Assembly (NCBI GenBank): GCA_964474435.1
Contig: CAYYSI010000002.1
Span: forward strand, 26,193-90,192
Direction: 5' to 3'
DNA from: an uncultured Candidatus Saccharibacteria bacterium
Lineage (GTDB): Bacteria > Patescibacteriota > Minisyncoccia > Phycocordibacterales > UBA9973
Length of the DNA: 64,000 bases
A model generated the notes under the pieces. It saw only the letters and a list, made by a program, of their open reading frames with translations. It ran no database searches and was not told where the DNA came from. Positions 1 to 9,319 of this stretch are shown one piece after another. Numbering within the stretch: the stretch's first letter is position 1; each line of letters starts with the position of its first letter. The position numbers and the translations under genes were made by a program.

Positions 1-429
1 GTCATGTTTGGTAACCCTGAAACAACTCCAGGTGGTAAGGCGCTCAAATTCTACACCTCAGTGCGTCTCGATATCCGACGTATTGCCCAGATCAAAAAGG
101 GTGAAGAAGTTGTCGGTTCTCGCACTCGCGTAAAGGTTGTGAAAAACAAAGTCGCTTCCCCGTTCAAGCAAACCGAGTTCGATATTATTTATGGTGAAGG
201 CATTTCACTCGAAGGCGAACTCCTCGCACTTGGTGAAAAGCTTAATGTGATCACAAAAAGTGGCACGTCATACACCTACTCCCCAGAAGGCAAAGAAGAA
301 GTGAAACTCGGACGTGGCTATGATGCTTCACGAGTATTCATGAGAGAGAATCCAAAAGTCCGTGATGCGATCACCAAAGATGTCCGGAAGAGAATGAAAG
401 ATGTAGTAGCAGATAGTTCGGGAGAATAG
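1..429 (+). CDS. recA: Recombinase RecA, C-terminal part (5' truncated by window edge)
   Basis: [24 protein letters not shown] and [12 protein letters not shown] are RecA signatures. Confidence 0.98.
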   Translation, partial: VMFGNPETTPGGKALKFYTSVRLDIRRIAQIKKGEEVVGSRTRVKVVKNKVASPFKQTEFDIIYGEGISLEGELLALGEKLNVITKSGTSYTYSPEGKEEVKLGRGYDASRVFMRENPKVRDAITKDVRKRMKDVVADSSGE

Positions 430-437
430 AAAAAATA

Positions 438-466
438 AAAATCCTGATCTTTGGTCAGGATTTTTT
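438..466. terminator. Bidirectional intrinsic terminator
   Basis: AAAATCCTGA-TCTTTGG-TCAGGATTTT with A/T tracts on both sides, between convergent genes. Confidence 0.8.
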
Positions 467-476
467 GTACCATACT

Positions 477-776
477 TTATACGAGATGGTAAAAATGATT
501 TAAACTTACAATATCTTTTGAAAAATTAACAGATTCTCCTATCTCCACATGAACAAGTGCTTGTTTAATAACACGAACTAATTCCCCGTTCTGTTTCTTA
601 ACCTCAATCCATTTCATTCCCTCAACACAGAGCATCTTTAATTCTTTTGAGGAAAGTTCTTTTTTGGTAAGTTCCCTAACATACACCTCTTGAGATGAAT
701 TGTTTTTTTCTATGACACACACAATACATACGAGCATGACCACGAAAAGATAACTTAGTATTAAACCTTTTTTCAT
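477..776 (-). CDS. AT-rich hypothetical protein with N-terminal hydrophobic segment
   Basis: 99-aa ORF; TTGACT -35-like box upstream (826-831, minus); terminator downstream. Confidence 0.6.
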   Translation of the reverse strand: MKKGLILSYLFVVMLVCIVCVIEKNNSSQEVYVRELTKKELSSKELKMLCVEGMKWIEVKKQNGELVRVIKQALVHVEIGESVNFSKDIVSLNHFYHLV

Positions 777-878
777 ATATAAAATTTTAATGATTCTTCT
801 GCTTTATACATTAATACCAAAAATGAGTCAATATATATCAGTAGACTTTCCTCCCCTTTTCGGCTACAATCTCGGTCT

Positions 879-1463
879 ATGAGTATGCTTGAATATAACG
901 AAATTAAGGAGAAAAAGATCATTGTCTGGGACGGCGCACCACACGAAGTTGTATCTTCTCACGTCTTCCGCAAACAACAGCGCAAGCCAGTGAACGCGAC
1001 CAAGCTCAAGAACCTCATCACCGGACGTGTCGCCGAGATCTCATTTGGCGGATCAGAAAAAGCCGAAGAAGCCGACATCTCGACCAAGACCGTCACCTAC
1101 CTCTACAAAGCCAAGGGTGAAGTCTGGTTCACTGACCCATCTGATAAGGCAAAGCGTTTCTCTCTCAAAGAAGATATCGTTGGCGACAAGATGAAATATG
1201 TGAAGGAAAACAACCCTGTCGACCTCACGATTTATACTGACGACGAAGACGAAGAGCTCGTGATCGGTGTGAAAATCCCCGTCAAAGTCGACCTCGAAGT
1301 CATCGATGCTCCCCCATCTATCAAAGGCTCAACCGTCACTGGTGGCAACAAAGTTGCGATTGTGGAAGGAGGTGCCGCAGTCAACGTGCCGCTGTTTATC
1401 GAAATCGGCGAAAAGATTCGTATTAATACGGATACGGGAGAATACGTCGAGCGGGCAAATTAA
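879..1463 (+). CDS. efp: Elongation factor P
   Basis: KLKNLITG and VPLFIEIGEKIRINTDTGEYVER; TAGACT-17-TACAAT promoter ends 8 nt before the ATG. Confidence 0.95.
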   Translation: MSMLEYNEIKEKKIIVWDGAPHEVVSSHVFRKQQRKPVNATKLKNLITGRVAEISFGGSEKAEEADISTKTVTYLYKAKGEVWFTDPSDKAKRFSLKEDIVGDKMKYVKENNPVDLTIYTDDEDEELVIGVKIPVKVDLEVIDAPPSIKGSTVTGGNKVAIVEGGAAVNVPLFIEIGEKIRINTDTGEYVERAN

Positions 1464-1498
1464 AAAAACTGGAGACATTAGTCTCCAGTTTTTATTTT
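1464..1498. terminator. Bidirectional intrinsic terminator
   Basis: AAAACTGGAGAC-ATTA-GTCTCCAGTTTT. Confidence 0.85.
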
Positions 1499-1507
1499 GT
1501 AGAGCTA

Positions 1508-2083
1508 CTAACTCAACTTGTCATACTTTTGATACCCAGTGAAGATTTGATCTTCAGTTATATCTTCCTCAAAAAGAATATCTTCGATGAGAAGTGAGAA
1601 GTTATCCTTTATATACTGTGGAAGAATATCCTCAACAATATATACATCATCGACATCGACACCATATTTATCATCGATATGTGGCCTGTTCGTTTTTGTT
1701 GTTGGAGGATGATGGAGAAAAAAGGCACTATTTGTTGCTTCTTTGTTAGCTGCAACGATATCATCTGCAACGATAAGCATCTTGTAATGAAACTCATCGA
1801 ACACATCTGGTTTGTACCCGCCAAGGTTAAGGAAAAATAATTTCTTTGTTTGTTCGGGCGGAACCTGATTTTTTGGAACAACAGTGACCTTATACCCAGC
1901 TACTTTTTTTACTTCCCTATATGCGTCAATATGAATTTTCTCCGCTTCTGGCCAAAATGCTTTCGCATCTTTTTCTGTGCCTGGAAAATCTTCTGCAATG
2001 GTAAATGTTACATCGTGCTGTTCAGTATTTCTTCCCTCAGGCTTACAGCCAAGCATGAGCATGAATAATTTTGGATTGTTCAT
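1508..2083 (-). CDS. DUF1543 domain protein (two repeats)
   Basis: KLFMLMLG..P.GRNTEQHD...HIDAY, then KLFFLNLGGY...FDEFHY...HIDD; AT-rich. Confidence 0.75.
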   Translation of the reverse strand: MNNPKLFMLMLGCKPEGRNTEQHDVTFTIAEDFPGTEKDAKAFWPEAEKIHIDAYREVKKVAGYKVTVVPKNQVPPEQTKKLFFLNLGGYKPDVFDEFHYKMLIVADDIVAANKEATNSAFFLHHPPTTKTNRPHIDDKYGVDVDDVYIVEDILPQYIKDNFSLLIEDILFEEDITEDQIFTGYQKYDKLS

Positions 2084-2183
2084 ATATGTTAATTTTTCAT
2101 GATACTATCACGTTCCTCCAGAAACACAAAAACCCCATGAGATAGTCCTTGCGGAGCATCTCACGGGGTAATTGTTTGCTTCA

Positions 2184-2384
2184 TTAGTTGGCTACGAACG
2201 GCAAGAGTCCCATGAATCGTGAACGCTTCACTGCTTCTGCGAGCTGGCGCTGATTCTTGGCTGCGAGTCCTGTGCGCTTGCGCCCGAGGATGCGGCCGTT
2301 GGGGTTCAAGAACTTCTTGAGACTGTCGATGTCTTTGTAGTCAATGAAACGAATGTTGTTTGCGTTAAAGTAATCGTTTTTCAT
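2184..2384 (-). CDS. rpsR: 30S ribosomal protein S18
   Basis: [39 protein letters not shown]. Confidence 0.97.
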   Translation of the reverse strand: MKNDYFNANNIRFIDYKDIDSLKKFLNPNGRILGRKRTGLAAKNQRQLAEAVKRSRFMGLLPFVAN

Positions 2385-2402
2385 AATAAGTTAAAATGCT
2401 TT

Positions 2403-2882
2403 TTAAAACGGTATATCTTCGAGATTTATTTCTTCATCAGGATATTCGATCGTGTCGAGGTCTGCTGGTGCATCCTTTTGCGGTGCTTCTTGGTCACTAA
2501 TGCCAGATGCGCCATTGCTTGGATTGAAGTTGCCGTTGCCACCAGTCATACCGCCTGCCTTTGGACCAAACTGAAATGTTTCGAGGATGACTTCGGTGCG
2601 GTACTTCTTTTGACCATCAGCAGCGTCCCAGCTTCGTGTCTGGATACGTCCTTCAACGTAGAGGGATGAGCCCTTTTTGCAGTACTGCGCGATGACTTCG
2701 GCTTGGCGGGCAAATGCCACAACGTTGTGGTATTCGACTGCTTCCTTCTTGCCGCCTTGTGCATCCTTCCAGGTACGATTGGTTGCCATCGAAATGCTTG
2801 CAACCTTGGTACCTGTTGGGAGTGACTTGAGCTCGGGATCGCGGGTAAGGTTACCCATGATGATTACTTTGTTGAGATACAT
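2403..2882 (-). CDS. ssb: Single-stranded DNA-binding protein
   Basis: LNKVIIMGNLTRDPEL start, DIPF C-terminus, rpsF-ssb-rpsR order. Confidence 0.98.
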   Translation of the reverse strand: MYLNKVIIMGNLTRDPELKSLPTGTKVASISMATNRTWKDAQGGKKEAVEYHNVVAFARQAEVIAQYCKKGSSLYVEGRIQTRSWDAADGQKKYRTEVILETFQFGPKAGGMTGGNGNFNPSNGASGISDQEAPQKDAPADLDTIEYPDEEINLEDIPF

Positions 2883-2922
2883 ATGTTTTGTGAATAATTG
2901 GTCTCGTAATGGTACCAGTATA

Positions 2923-3453
2923 CTACGCTTCTGCTTCCTCGGTATCAGCTGAAACCACAGGTTCTGCGGCAGTGTCTACTTCGAGTGCAGGAAGCTTTTC
3001 GTGCTCTTCCTTGGTTTCTTCAATCGGTTCTTCGACTGCGGATTCAAGTTCGGCAAGCTCTTCGTCACTCATGAACACGTCGCGTTTTGCGTCTACCTTT
3101 GGCTTTTTAAAGATAACGGTGTTTTCTGCATTAGTCTTGACCAGGATGTACCGGATGAGTGCGAGATTGCCATCGAGTGCCTTTTTCAAAACTTCGAGAG
3201 CGGCCGGGTCTGCCTCAAACTTGATCCATCCAAAGTATCCTTGTGCATATTTTGACTTCTTGCTTCCTACGGTCTTTTCCATAGTGTATGCAAGGTCAAT
3301 GAATTCTGGAGCACCTTCGGTTGTGATAGTACCTTCTACTTTGCTGATTGCAGCCTTGAGTGTCTCTACTTCTGCCGGTACTTCCACTTCTGGAGTTGTT
3401 GGCACAACGAGATACCCAAGCTCATACAATCGTGTATTTGCTTCTTCTGTCAT
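2923..3453 (-). CDS. rpsF: 30S ribosomal protein S6 with acidic tail
   Basis: YEL..., LAYTM.K...GYF, LIRYILVK; position before ssb; start placed at MTEEAN. Confidence 0.9.
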   Translation of the reverse strand: MTEEANTRLYELGYLVVPTTPEVEVPAEVETLKAAISKVEGTITTEGAPEFIDLAYTMEKTVGSKKSKYAQGYFGWIKFEADPAALEVLKKALDGNLALIRYILVKTNAENTVIFKKPKVDAKRDVFMSDEELAELESAVEEPIEETKEEHEKLPALEVDTAAEPVVSADTEEAEA

Positions 3454-3479
3454 ACGTATTTTGTTTTTATAATAAATAA

Positions 3480-3557
3480 GGCCTATTTCGGACATATCCT
3501 ACAGCAAGAGGGTCTCTAGACTCCTCGGCCTGGGGCCACTGCAGGAAATAGGGCTAC
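3480..3557 (-). promoter_or_regulatory. Structured 5' leader of rpsF (candidate S6:S18 autoregulatory RNA)
   Basis: TTTACA-17-TAGTAT promoter (3592-3564); nested stems CCTATTTC/GAAATAGG and CTGCAG/CTGTAG plus two inner hairpins. Confidence 0.5.
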
Positions 3558-3628
3558 GGGCACATACTACCCTAAAAGGCGGGGTTTGTAAAATAAAAAA
3601 AGACCCCCGATTGAGAGGGCCAAAACGT

Positions 3629-4216
3629 TCAAAATGATTCTTTAGTAGAAAACTCCTGGACAATCTCCCATGTTTGATCGGTATTCTTTTTGTACAAAAA
3701 TACCCTCTTAACAATGAGACGATGATCAAATTTTGGATAATGAAGCTTAATATAGGAAACAGCTTTTTGATAAACAGCAGTGTCATCACATTCCTTAATA
3801 AGAGTTGCATGTAATGTTTCAAGAGTAGCATTTACATTTTTTGACAACACTATTTGCTGCCCTCTAAGTATCTCGTGTAGTATTTTAATTATTTTTTCAA
3901 CTACATCAGATGCTTCAAACTTCCATCCAAATGATTTTCCGTTATGATCTAATTCAATAAATTCATCCCAATATATCCTTCCTAATTTTCTTTGTTTCAG
4001 CGATCGAGCAATGAAATCCATTCTTGGCTCAAAAACCGTATCTTCAACCTCAAATGGAGGTATGAGTGTGACATGCAAATCTTTTTTTGGAATTAATACT
4101 GGGAGATCAAAGAAATTTTGCAAATTTGTTTGTATTTCTTTGTAAAGATTTTCTACAAACATTCCCTCGTGTGCAATACCTTCAAGAGATACTGCAAAGT
4201 AGTATTTATTTTTCAT
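3629..4216 (-). CDS. 2H phosphoesterase (2'-5' RNA ligase-like)
   Basis: Two HxT motifs (DLHVTL, TLHATL); AT-rich; own TTGACA-16-TAAAGT promoter. Confidence 0.7.
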   Translation of the reverse strand: MKNKYYFAVSLEGIAHEGMFVENLYKEIQTNLQNFFDLPVLIPKKDLHVTLIPPFEVEDTVFEPRMDFIARSLKQRKLGRIYWDEFIELDHNGKSFGWKFEASDVVEKIIKILHEILRGQQIVLSKNVNATLETLHATLIKECDDTAVYQKAVSYIKLHYPKFDHRLIVKRVFLYKKNTDQTWEIVQEFSTKESF

Positions 4217-4255
4217 GTTACGTTTTTCGTAACTTTATAGAAAAGATGAGATTTG

Positions 4256-5038
4256 TCAAATATTGAATAAATGTTTCGCATTCTTGAGTAATTGTGCCTC
4301 AGTTTCCTCTACAGAAAGGGCTTTGATTTCGGCAATCTTTTTGACGACTTCGACGACGTACGCTGGTTCGTTGCGTTTGCCTCGATATGGGTTGGGGGCT
4401 GCAAATGGTGCATCGGTTTCGGGGAGAATGCGATCGATCGGCACACTTGCAACGACATCTGCATACTCTGGGAATATTGTGATCACACCACTAAATGAAA
4501 TATGGAATCCGAGGTTGAGGAACTGCTGCGCGATCTCCTTCGTCCCCGCAAAGAAATGTGCGGTACCGCGCATAGATGGCCATGTGATACGCGCGTCTTG
4601 GAGCATGAGGAGTGCTTCTTCGTATGCGTCCATGTTCCCTGTCTCGGGTCTGATATGGAGCATGAGTGGCAGGTCGAGCTCTCGTGCAATATCGATCTGT
4701 GCCTGAAAGAGTGCTTTTTGCGGATGTTTTGATTTGCGATCGTGCTCACGATAATAGTCGAGGCCGCACTCCCCAATCCCCACCACATACTGCTGTGCCG
4801 CAAGTGCCTTGAGCAGATCGTGTTTGTATTCCACTTCCCAATGCGTCGGATGAATACCAACGATCGCATAGATATCTTTGTGGATCTCTGCGATCTGCAC
4901 TGCCCGCAAACTGCTCGGATAATCGATCCCGATACAAATCGTCCCGATCCCCGCTTCAACCATTCGTCCAATCGCTTCATCGCGATCGGCATCAAATTGC
5001 GAGAGATTGAAATGTGAGTGCGTGTCTATGACCTTCAT
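4256..5038 (-). CDS. tatD: TatD family deoxyribonuclease
   Basis: IDTHSH, GIHP, GECGLDY, ETDAPF..P.PYRGKRNEP. Confidence 0.95.
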   Translation of the reverse strand: MKVIDTHSHFNLSQFDADRDEAIGRMVEAGIGTICIGIDYPSSLRAVQIAEIHKDIYAIVGIHPTHWEVEYKHDLLKALAAQQYVVGIGECGLDYYREHDRKSKHPQKALFQAQIDIARELDLPLMLHIRPETGNMDAYEEALLMLQDARITWPSMRGTAHFFAGTKEIAQQFLNLGFHISFSGVITIFPEYADVVASVPIDRILPETDAPFAAPNPYRGKRNEPAYVVEVVKKIAEIKALSVEETEAQLLKNAKHLFNI

Positions 5039-5045
5039 CTCCCGA

Positions 5046-5483
5046 CTATACCATATCGACAATCACAACTTTAGGGGTTTTACCCAGAGCTCGCGCAATC
5101 ATGAGGCGAGTATTCCCGCTCACCAAATGTAGTGTTCCGCCCTTTCGTAGAATAATTGGCGCATCTATTTCCCCTTCTGATTCCATCTTTAATTTCAATG
5201 ACTCCCAGTCTCGATTTCCCTGACTTGCATGCATCGCAACTGTATCCCAATCATCATATTCAATATCAAATGAATCTGTATTATCTAATATCTTCCAATC
5301 CTGTTCTGTAAGGTCTACTAATTGAGCATCTTCGTATACCTTTGTAAAATTCTCTATAAAAATTTCGTGATCTGATGGCGAAAATAATTCAGCTACTCGT
5401 CGTATTTCACCAGCTTCAGTATCAAGCAATGGTTTAACAAAGTTGACTTCCTTTTTGTCTAAATTTTCGAAGATATTTTTCAT
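5046..5483 (-). CDS. Small ParB/Srx N-terminal-like domain protein
   Basis: APIILR...LVSGNTRL..ARALG (GxxR motif); AT-rich; lies between metG and tatD. Confidence 0.6.
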   Translation of the reverse strand: MKNIFENLDKKEVNFVKPLLDTEAGEIRRVAELFSPSDHEIFIENFTKVYEDAQLVDLTEQDWKILDNTDSFDIEYDDWDTVAMHASQGNRDWESLKLKMESEGEIDAPIILRKGGTLHLVSGNTRLMIARALGKTPKVVIVDMV

Positions 5484-5484
5484 A

Positions 5485-6942
5485 TTACAACCTTGCAAAG
5501 AGTGATACTTCAGGTTTCTTATTCTGTTTAATCAATTCCAAGATCCTTGCAGATGTTGTCGGCATAAATGGTGCAAGTGCGGTCGCGATGAAATAGAGAT
5601 CGTTCACAAGTTTATAAATCATCTCCTTCCCTTTTGCTTCGTCTTCTTTGATCACAGAAAATGGCTTTTCGTTGGCAATATATACATCAAGCTCACCGAT
5701 ACCATTCCAGATCTCATTCATCGCTTTTTGCAAATCAAAGGCATTCATTGCGTAGTCGTATGGGAATTCCTCTTTTGCTTCTGGTGGTACAAACGGATCA
5801 ATATGCTTTTCCGCAAGGGTAAGGATGCGCGACACCAGATTACCGAGACCGTTGGCAAGGTGTGGTTGATAGGCGTCTTTGATGCTCTCAATAGTCATAT
5901 CGGAGTCCTCAAATGAGTTCATGTGTCGCAAGAGATAATAACGAAGCACATCAGTTGCAAGGTCCCCTGCAGCTGGTGCAAAGAGGTTGATGATTTCCGC
6001 AGGACTCAAAACATTACCAAGCGATTTACTCATTTTCTGCCCGCCGCTATTTATGAAACCATTGATGATGATGTGATCAGTCGTTGGTAGCCCTGCTGCA
6101 AGGAGCATGCCTTGCCACATCATTGATTGCTGACGCACATTGTCCTTGCCACAATACTGAATCTTTTCTCCTTCGTGCCAAAACTTCTGATAATTGCCAT
6201 CAGTATCCTCAGGCCATCCAAGTGTCGAGATATAGTTGGTGAGTGCATCAAACCACACATACATGACATGGTCTTCATCTCCTGGTACTGGCACACCCCA
6301 TGACATCTTTGATTTGAGTCGTGAGATAGAAAAGTCTTCAAGCCCACGTGATAGAAAGGCTTTCATTTCATTGAACCGAAAGTCTGGAATGACGAGATCA
6401 GGTTTCTCTGTATAAAGCTTCTCAAGCAGTGGTGCAACCTTTGAGAATGCAAAGAAATAATTTTCTTCATTAATGAGTTCAAGGTCTCGGTCAGGGTGTA
6501 TTGGGCAGCGGCCTTGGTCGTTGAGTTCGCTATCAGTTTTCTCAAGTTCGCACCCAACACAATACTTCGCCTCATAATTCTTTTTATAAATATAGCCATT
6601 GTCTGCAACGATCTGCCAGAGCTTTTGCGCAGCGGCTTCATGATGTGCGTCGGTTGTACGGATGAAGTGCACGTCATCTGAAATAGTGAGGAGTGGTTTA
6701 AGATTGCGAAATGATACAGCATAGCGATCAACATAGGCCTGTGTTGGCTCATTATTTTTTTGAGCAGCGTCAAAGAGCTTTTGGCCGTGTTCATCAGTAC
6801 CGGTATTAAAAAAGACTTCTCTTCCCTGCAATTTCTGATAGCGCGCAACAGCATCAGCACGAATAATTTCCATGGCAAAGCCAACGTGGGGTTCCGCATT
6901 CACATACGGAAGAGTGGTCGTAATATAAAAAGGTTTGGACAT
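5485..6942 (-). CDS. metG: Methionine--tRNA ligase (no C-terminal tRNA-binding domain)
   Basis: YITTTLPYVNAEPHVG, GTDEHG, YVWFDAL, KMSKS. Confidence 0.97.
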   Translation of the reverse strand: MSKPFYITTTLPYVNAEPHVGFAMEIIRADAVARYQKLQGREVFFNTGTDEHGQKLFDAAQKNNEPTQAYVDRYAVSFRNLKPLLTISDDVHFIRTTDAHHEAAAQKLWQIVADNGYIYKKNYEAKYCVGCELEKTDSELNDQGRCPIHPDRDLELINEENYFFAFSKVAPLLEKLYTEKPDLVIPDFRFNEMKAFLSRGLEDFSISRLKSKMSWGVPVPGDEDHVMYVWFDALTNYISTLGWPEDTDGNYQKFWHEGEKIQYCGKDNVRQQSMMWQGMLLAAGLPTTDHIIINGFINSGGQKMSKSLGNVLSPAEIINLFAPAAGDLATDVLRYYLLRHMNSFEDSDMTIESIKDAYQPHLANGLGNLVSRILTLAEKHIDPFVPPEAKEEFPYDYAMNAFDLQKAMNEIWNGIGELDVYIANEKPFSVIKEDEAKGKEMIYKLVNDLYFIATALAPFMPTTSARILELIKQNKKPEVSLFARL

Positions 6943-6944
6943 AG

Positions 6945-8018
6945 TTAATTGAGTGGATCTTGGATTGGGTTGGTAGTAACAGGGACGAGCTTTTGTTTCT
7001 CAACATCACTCATGTATTCAAGTATAAACACAGCAACCGGCATCGCAACCAATGCTCCCCAAAAGCCTGCAAGCGTGATACCCATCAAGAATGCCAAGAG
7101 AACGACAAGTGGCGGGATACCGACGACACGTCGCGCAACGATCGGACTGAGCACGTAATTTTCGATCTGCTGAATAATAATATAAAAGATAAGCACCTTT
7201 ACACCAAGGAATGCGCCGCCATCAATCACTGCCAAAAGTATTGCCGGCACCGCCGCAAAGATCACCCCAAACGGAATGAGCTCGGCAATACCTGTGATGA
7301 GTCCGATCAGGAATGCGTACTTCACCCCAAGCAATGCGAGGACAATAAACGTAATCGCGCCGATCGAAAGTCCGAGCAAGAGCTGTCCTTTGAACCAGAG
7401 ACCAATCTTGCGCTGGGTGCGACTCCAGAGATCGAGGACGTAGTGCTCATTTTTTGCAGGAGTGAGCAGTCGCAAAAATGCATCAATACCCTTCTCCTGG
7501 ATCGAGAGATAAAATGACATCACGACGACAAGGATGAAGTCGAGGAGTCCGCCAAACGTTGACCCGATGAATGACGTTGCGCCCTGCGATAGTAATGAGC
7601 CCGCACTTTTGATATTGGTGAGCAAGTCGCTCGTTGAAGTGTTGGTCGCGATTGTGTTCACAAACTGTGTTGCACCTTCGATGGACTGCTTGTTGATAGT
7701 TGACCCCGTTGGCAAGTATTGGAACAAGAGCGCAATCATATCAGAGAGCTCGCGGACAATGATCGGCACAAAGGCATAAAAGATCGCAAAGACGATGAGG
7801 ATCGTTGCTGCAAAGATAAGTGGCACGGAGAGCATGCGATTCATCTTGTATTTGGCCAGGGCGTGCACCCCTGCCTCAACAAATGACGCGATCACGATCG
7901 AGACGAGGATCAGGAGCAAAATATCGCGAAGCTGGATGAGAGCATAGACCCCGAGAATGAGTAAAATCGCCCGAATCATGGTCGACGTACTGATACGGAT
8001 TGTTCGGGCTTCGTGCAT
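6945..8018 (-). CDS. AI-2E family transporter
   Basis: Multi-TM; QQIENYVLSP..., G..GALVAMP. Confidence 0.85.
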   Translation of the reverse strand: MHEARTIRISTSTMIRAILLILGVYALIQLRDILLLILVSIVIASFVEAGVHALAKYKMNRMLSVPLIFAATILIVFAIFYAFVPIIVRELSDMIALLFQYLPTGSTINKQSIEGATQFVNTIATNTSTSDLLTNIKSAGSLLSQGATSFIGSTFGGLLDFILVVVMSFYLSIQEKGIDAFLRLLTPAKNEHYVLDLWSRTQRKIGLWFKGQLLLGLSIGAITFIVLALLGVKYAFLIGLITGIAELIPFGVIFAAVPAILLAVIDGGAFLGVKVLIFYIIIQQIENYVLSPIVARRVVGIPPLVVLLAFLMGITLAGFWGALVAMPVAVFILEYMSDVEKQKLVPVTTNPIQDPLN

Positions 8019-8047
8019 ACCCCCATGGTACCACTGGCACCCGTGGG

Positions 8048-9319
8048 TTACAAGGATAGAAACGGGCTTGTATCGATATCTTTGGAGGTGTAAGGACCAA
8101 TGACGGCAATGTTGGTATTGGCAGCCTTAAAGACGTTGCGGGCAACACGGCGAATGTCTTGTACGGTCACGGCGCGATAGCCGCGCTCAACCTCAAGCGG
8201 TGACCGGAGCTCCTGCCCCATCATGACTTGGGCGGCATAAAATCCTGCGATGTCATCACTGGATTCCAGTCCAATGCGCTGCATGCCAAATGTGTATTCC
8301 TTTGCCTTGGAGAGTTCATCATCTCCAACAAGTATCTGCGAAATATCTGCAAGCAACGCTGCAATCACCTTCATGATCTCATTGATACGTCGTTTATCAA
8401 TCCCTGCCGATATTTCAAACAACCCGACGTCACTCTGTGCGTCATTGCCCGCGTTGACATAGTACGCAACACCGAGCTCTTCACGAAGCGTTTGTGACAG
8501 ACGTGAACTCATCCCTCGTCCGAGGATCGTGCCAAGGAGTGAGAGTGCGTATCGATCGCGGTGTCCAAACGGCACTGAATGAAATCCAATTGTAATATGT
8601 GCCTGATCAATATTCTTTTGTACAACTGCAAGCTTGATGCCTGTTTTTTCAACAACTGTCTTTTTCTTTTTAGTTGTCTTTGCTGCATCGAGATTTTTGA
8701 AAAGATTCTCCACTGATCGGATAGTACTCTTTGCATCAACTGCCCCTGACACAACGACAAGCGTGTTGCTTGCGTGATAGTGAGTGTGTTTGTATCCTAT
8801 GACATCATCTCGGGTAAATCCGGAGACATTTTCTTTGCTCCCCGCGATCGTCCATCCTGCCGGCTGATCTCCGTACATCAGTCGCATGAGCGTCTCTCCC
8901 ACTTTTTGCTGCGGGAGGTCTTCGTACATATTGATCTCTTCGATGATGACCCCTTTTTCTTTGTGAACTTCTGTTTCAGGAAAGGTGGAATTCAAATAAA
9001 TATCTGCAAGCACCTCAAGAAATGTTGGAATATTTTTTGGGCCACCTTTTGCAAAGTAGCCTGTGTACTCAGCAGATGTAAATGCATTTGAAAATGCACC
9101 AATACGCTCGAAGCTTTCCGTTATAGCTTTTGCAGATGGAAGTTTCTCCGTGCCCTTGAAACACAAATGTTCGAGGAAGTGCGAGAGACCATTTTCTGCC
9201 TTTGATTCATACTTTGATCCTGTACCTACCAGAATCATTGCCGTTGCAGTCAGTGCCGTCGGCTGTGCAATGACGAGCACGCGCAGGCCGTTGGGGAGTG
9301 TTTTAAGTACTGGTTTCAT
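8048..9319 (-). CDS. M16 family zinc peptidase
   Basis: GLSHFLEHLCFKGT (HxxEH), NAFTS.EYT, LREELG..Y. Confidence 0.93.
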   Translation of the reverse strand: MKPVLKTLPNGLRVLVIAQPTALTATAMILVGTGSKYESKAENGLSHFLEHLCFKGTEKLPSAKAITESFERIGAFSNAFTSAEYTGYFAKGGPKNIPTFLEVLADIYLNSTFPETEVHKEKGVIIEEINMYEDLPQQKVGETLMRLMYGDQPAGWTIAGSKENVSGFTRDDVIGYKHTHYHASNTLVVVSGAVDAKSTIRSVENLFKNLDAAKTTKKKKTVVEKTGIKLAVVQKNIDQAHITIGFHSVPFGHRDRYALSLLGTILGRGMSSRLSQTLREELGVAYYVNAGNDAQSDVGLFEISAGIDKRRINEIMKVIAALLADISQILVGDDELSKAKEYTFGMQRIGLESSDDIAGFYAAQVMMGQELRSPLEVERGYRAVTVQDIRRVARNVFKAANTNIAVIGPYTSKDIDTSPFLSL

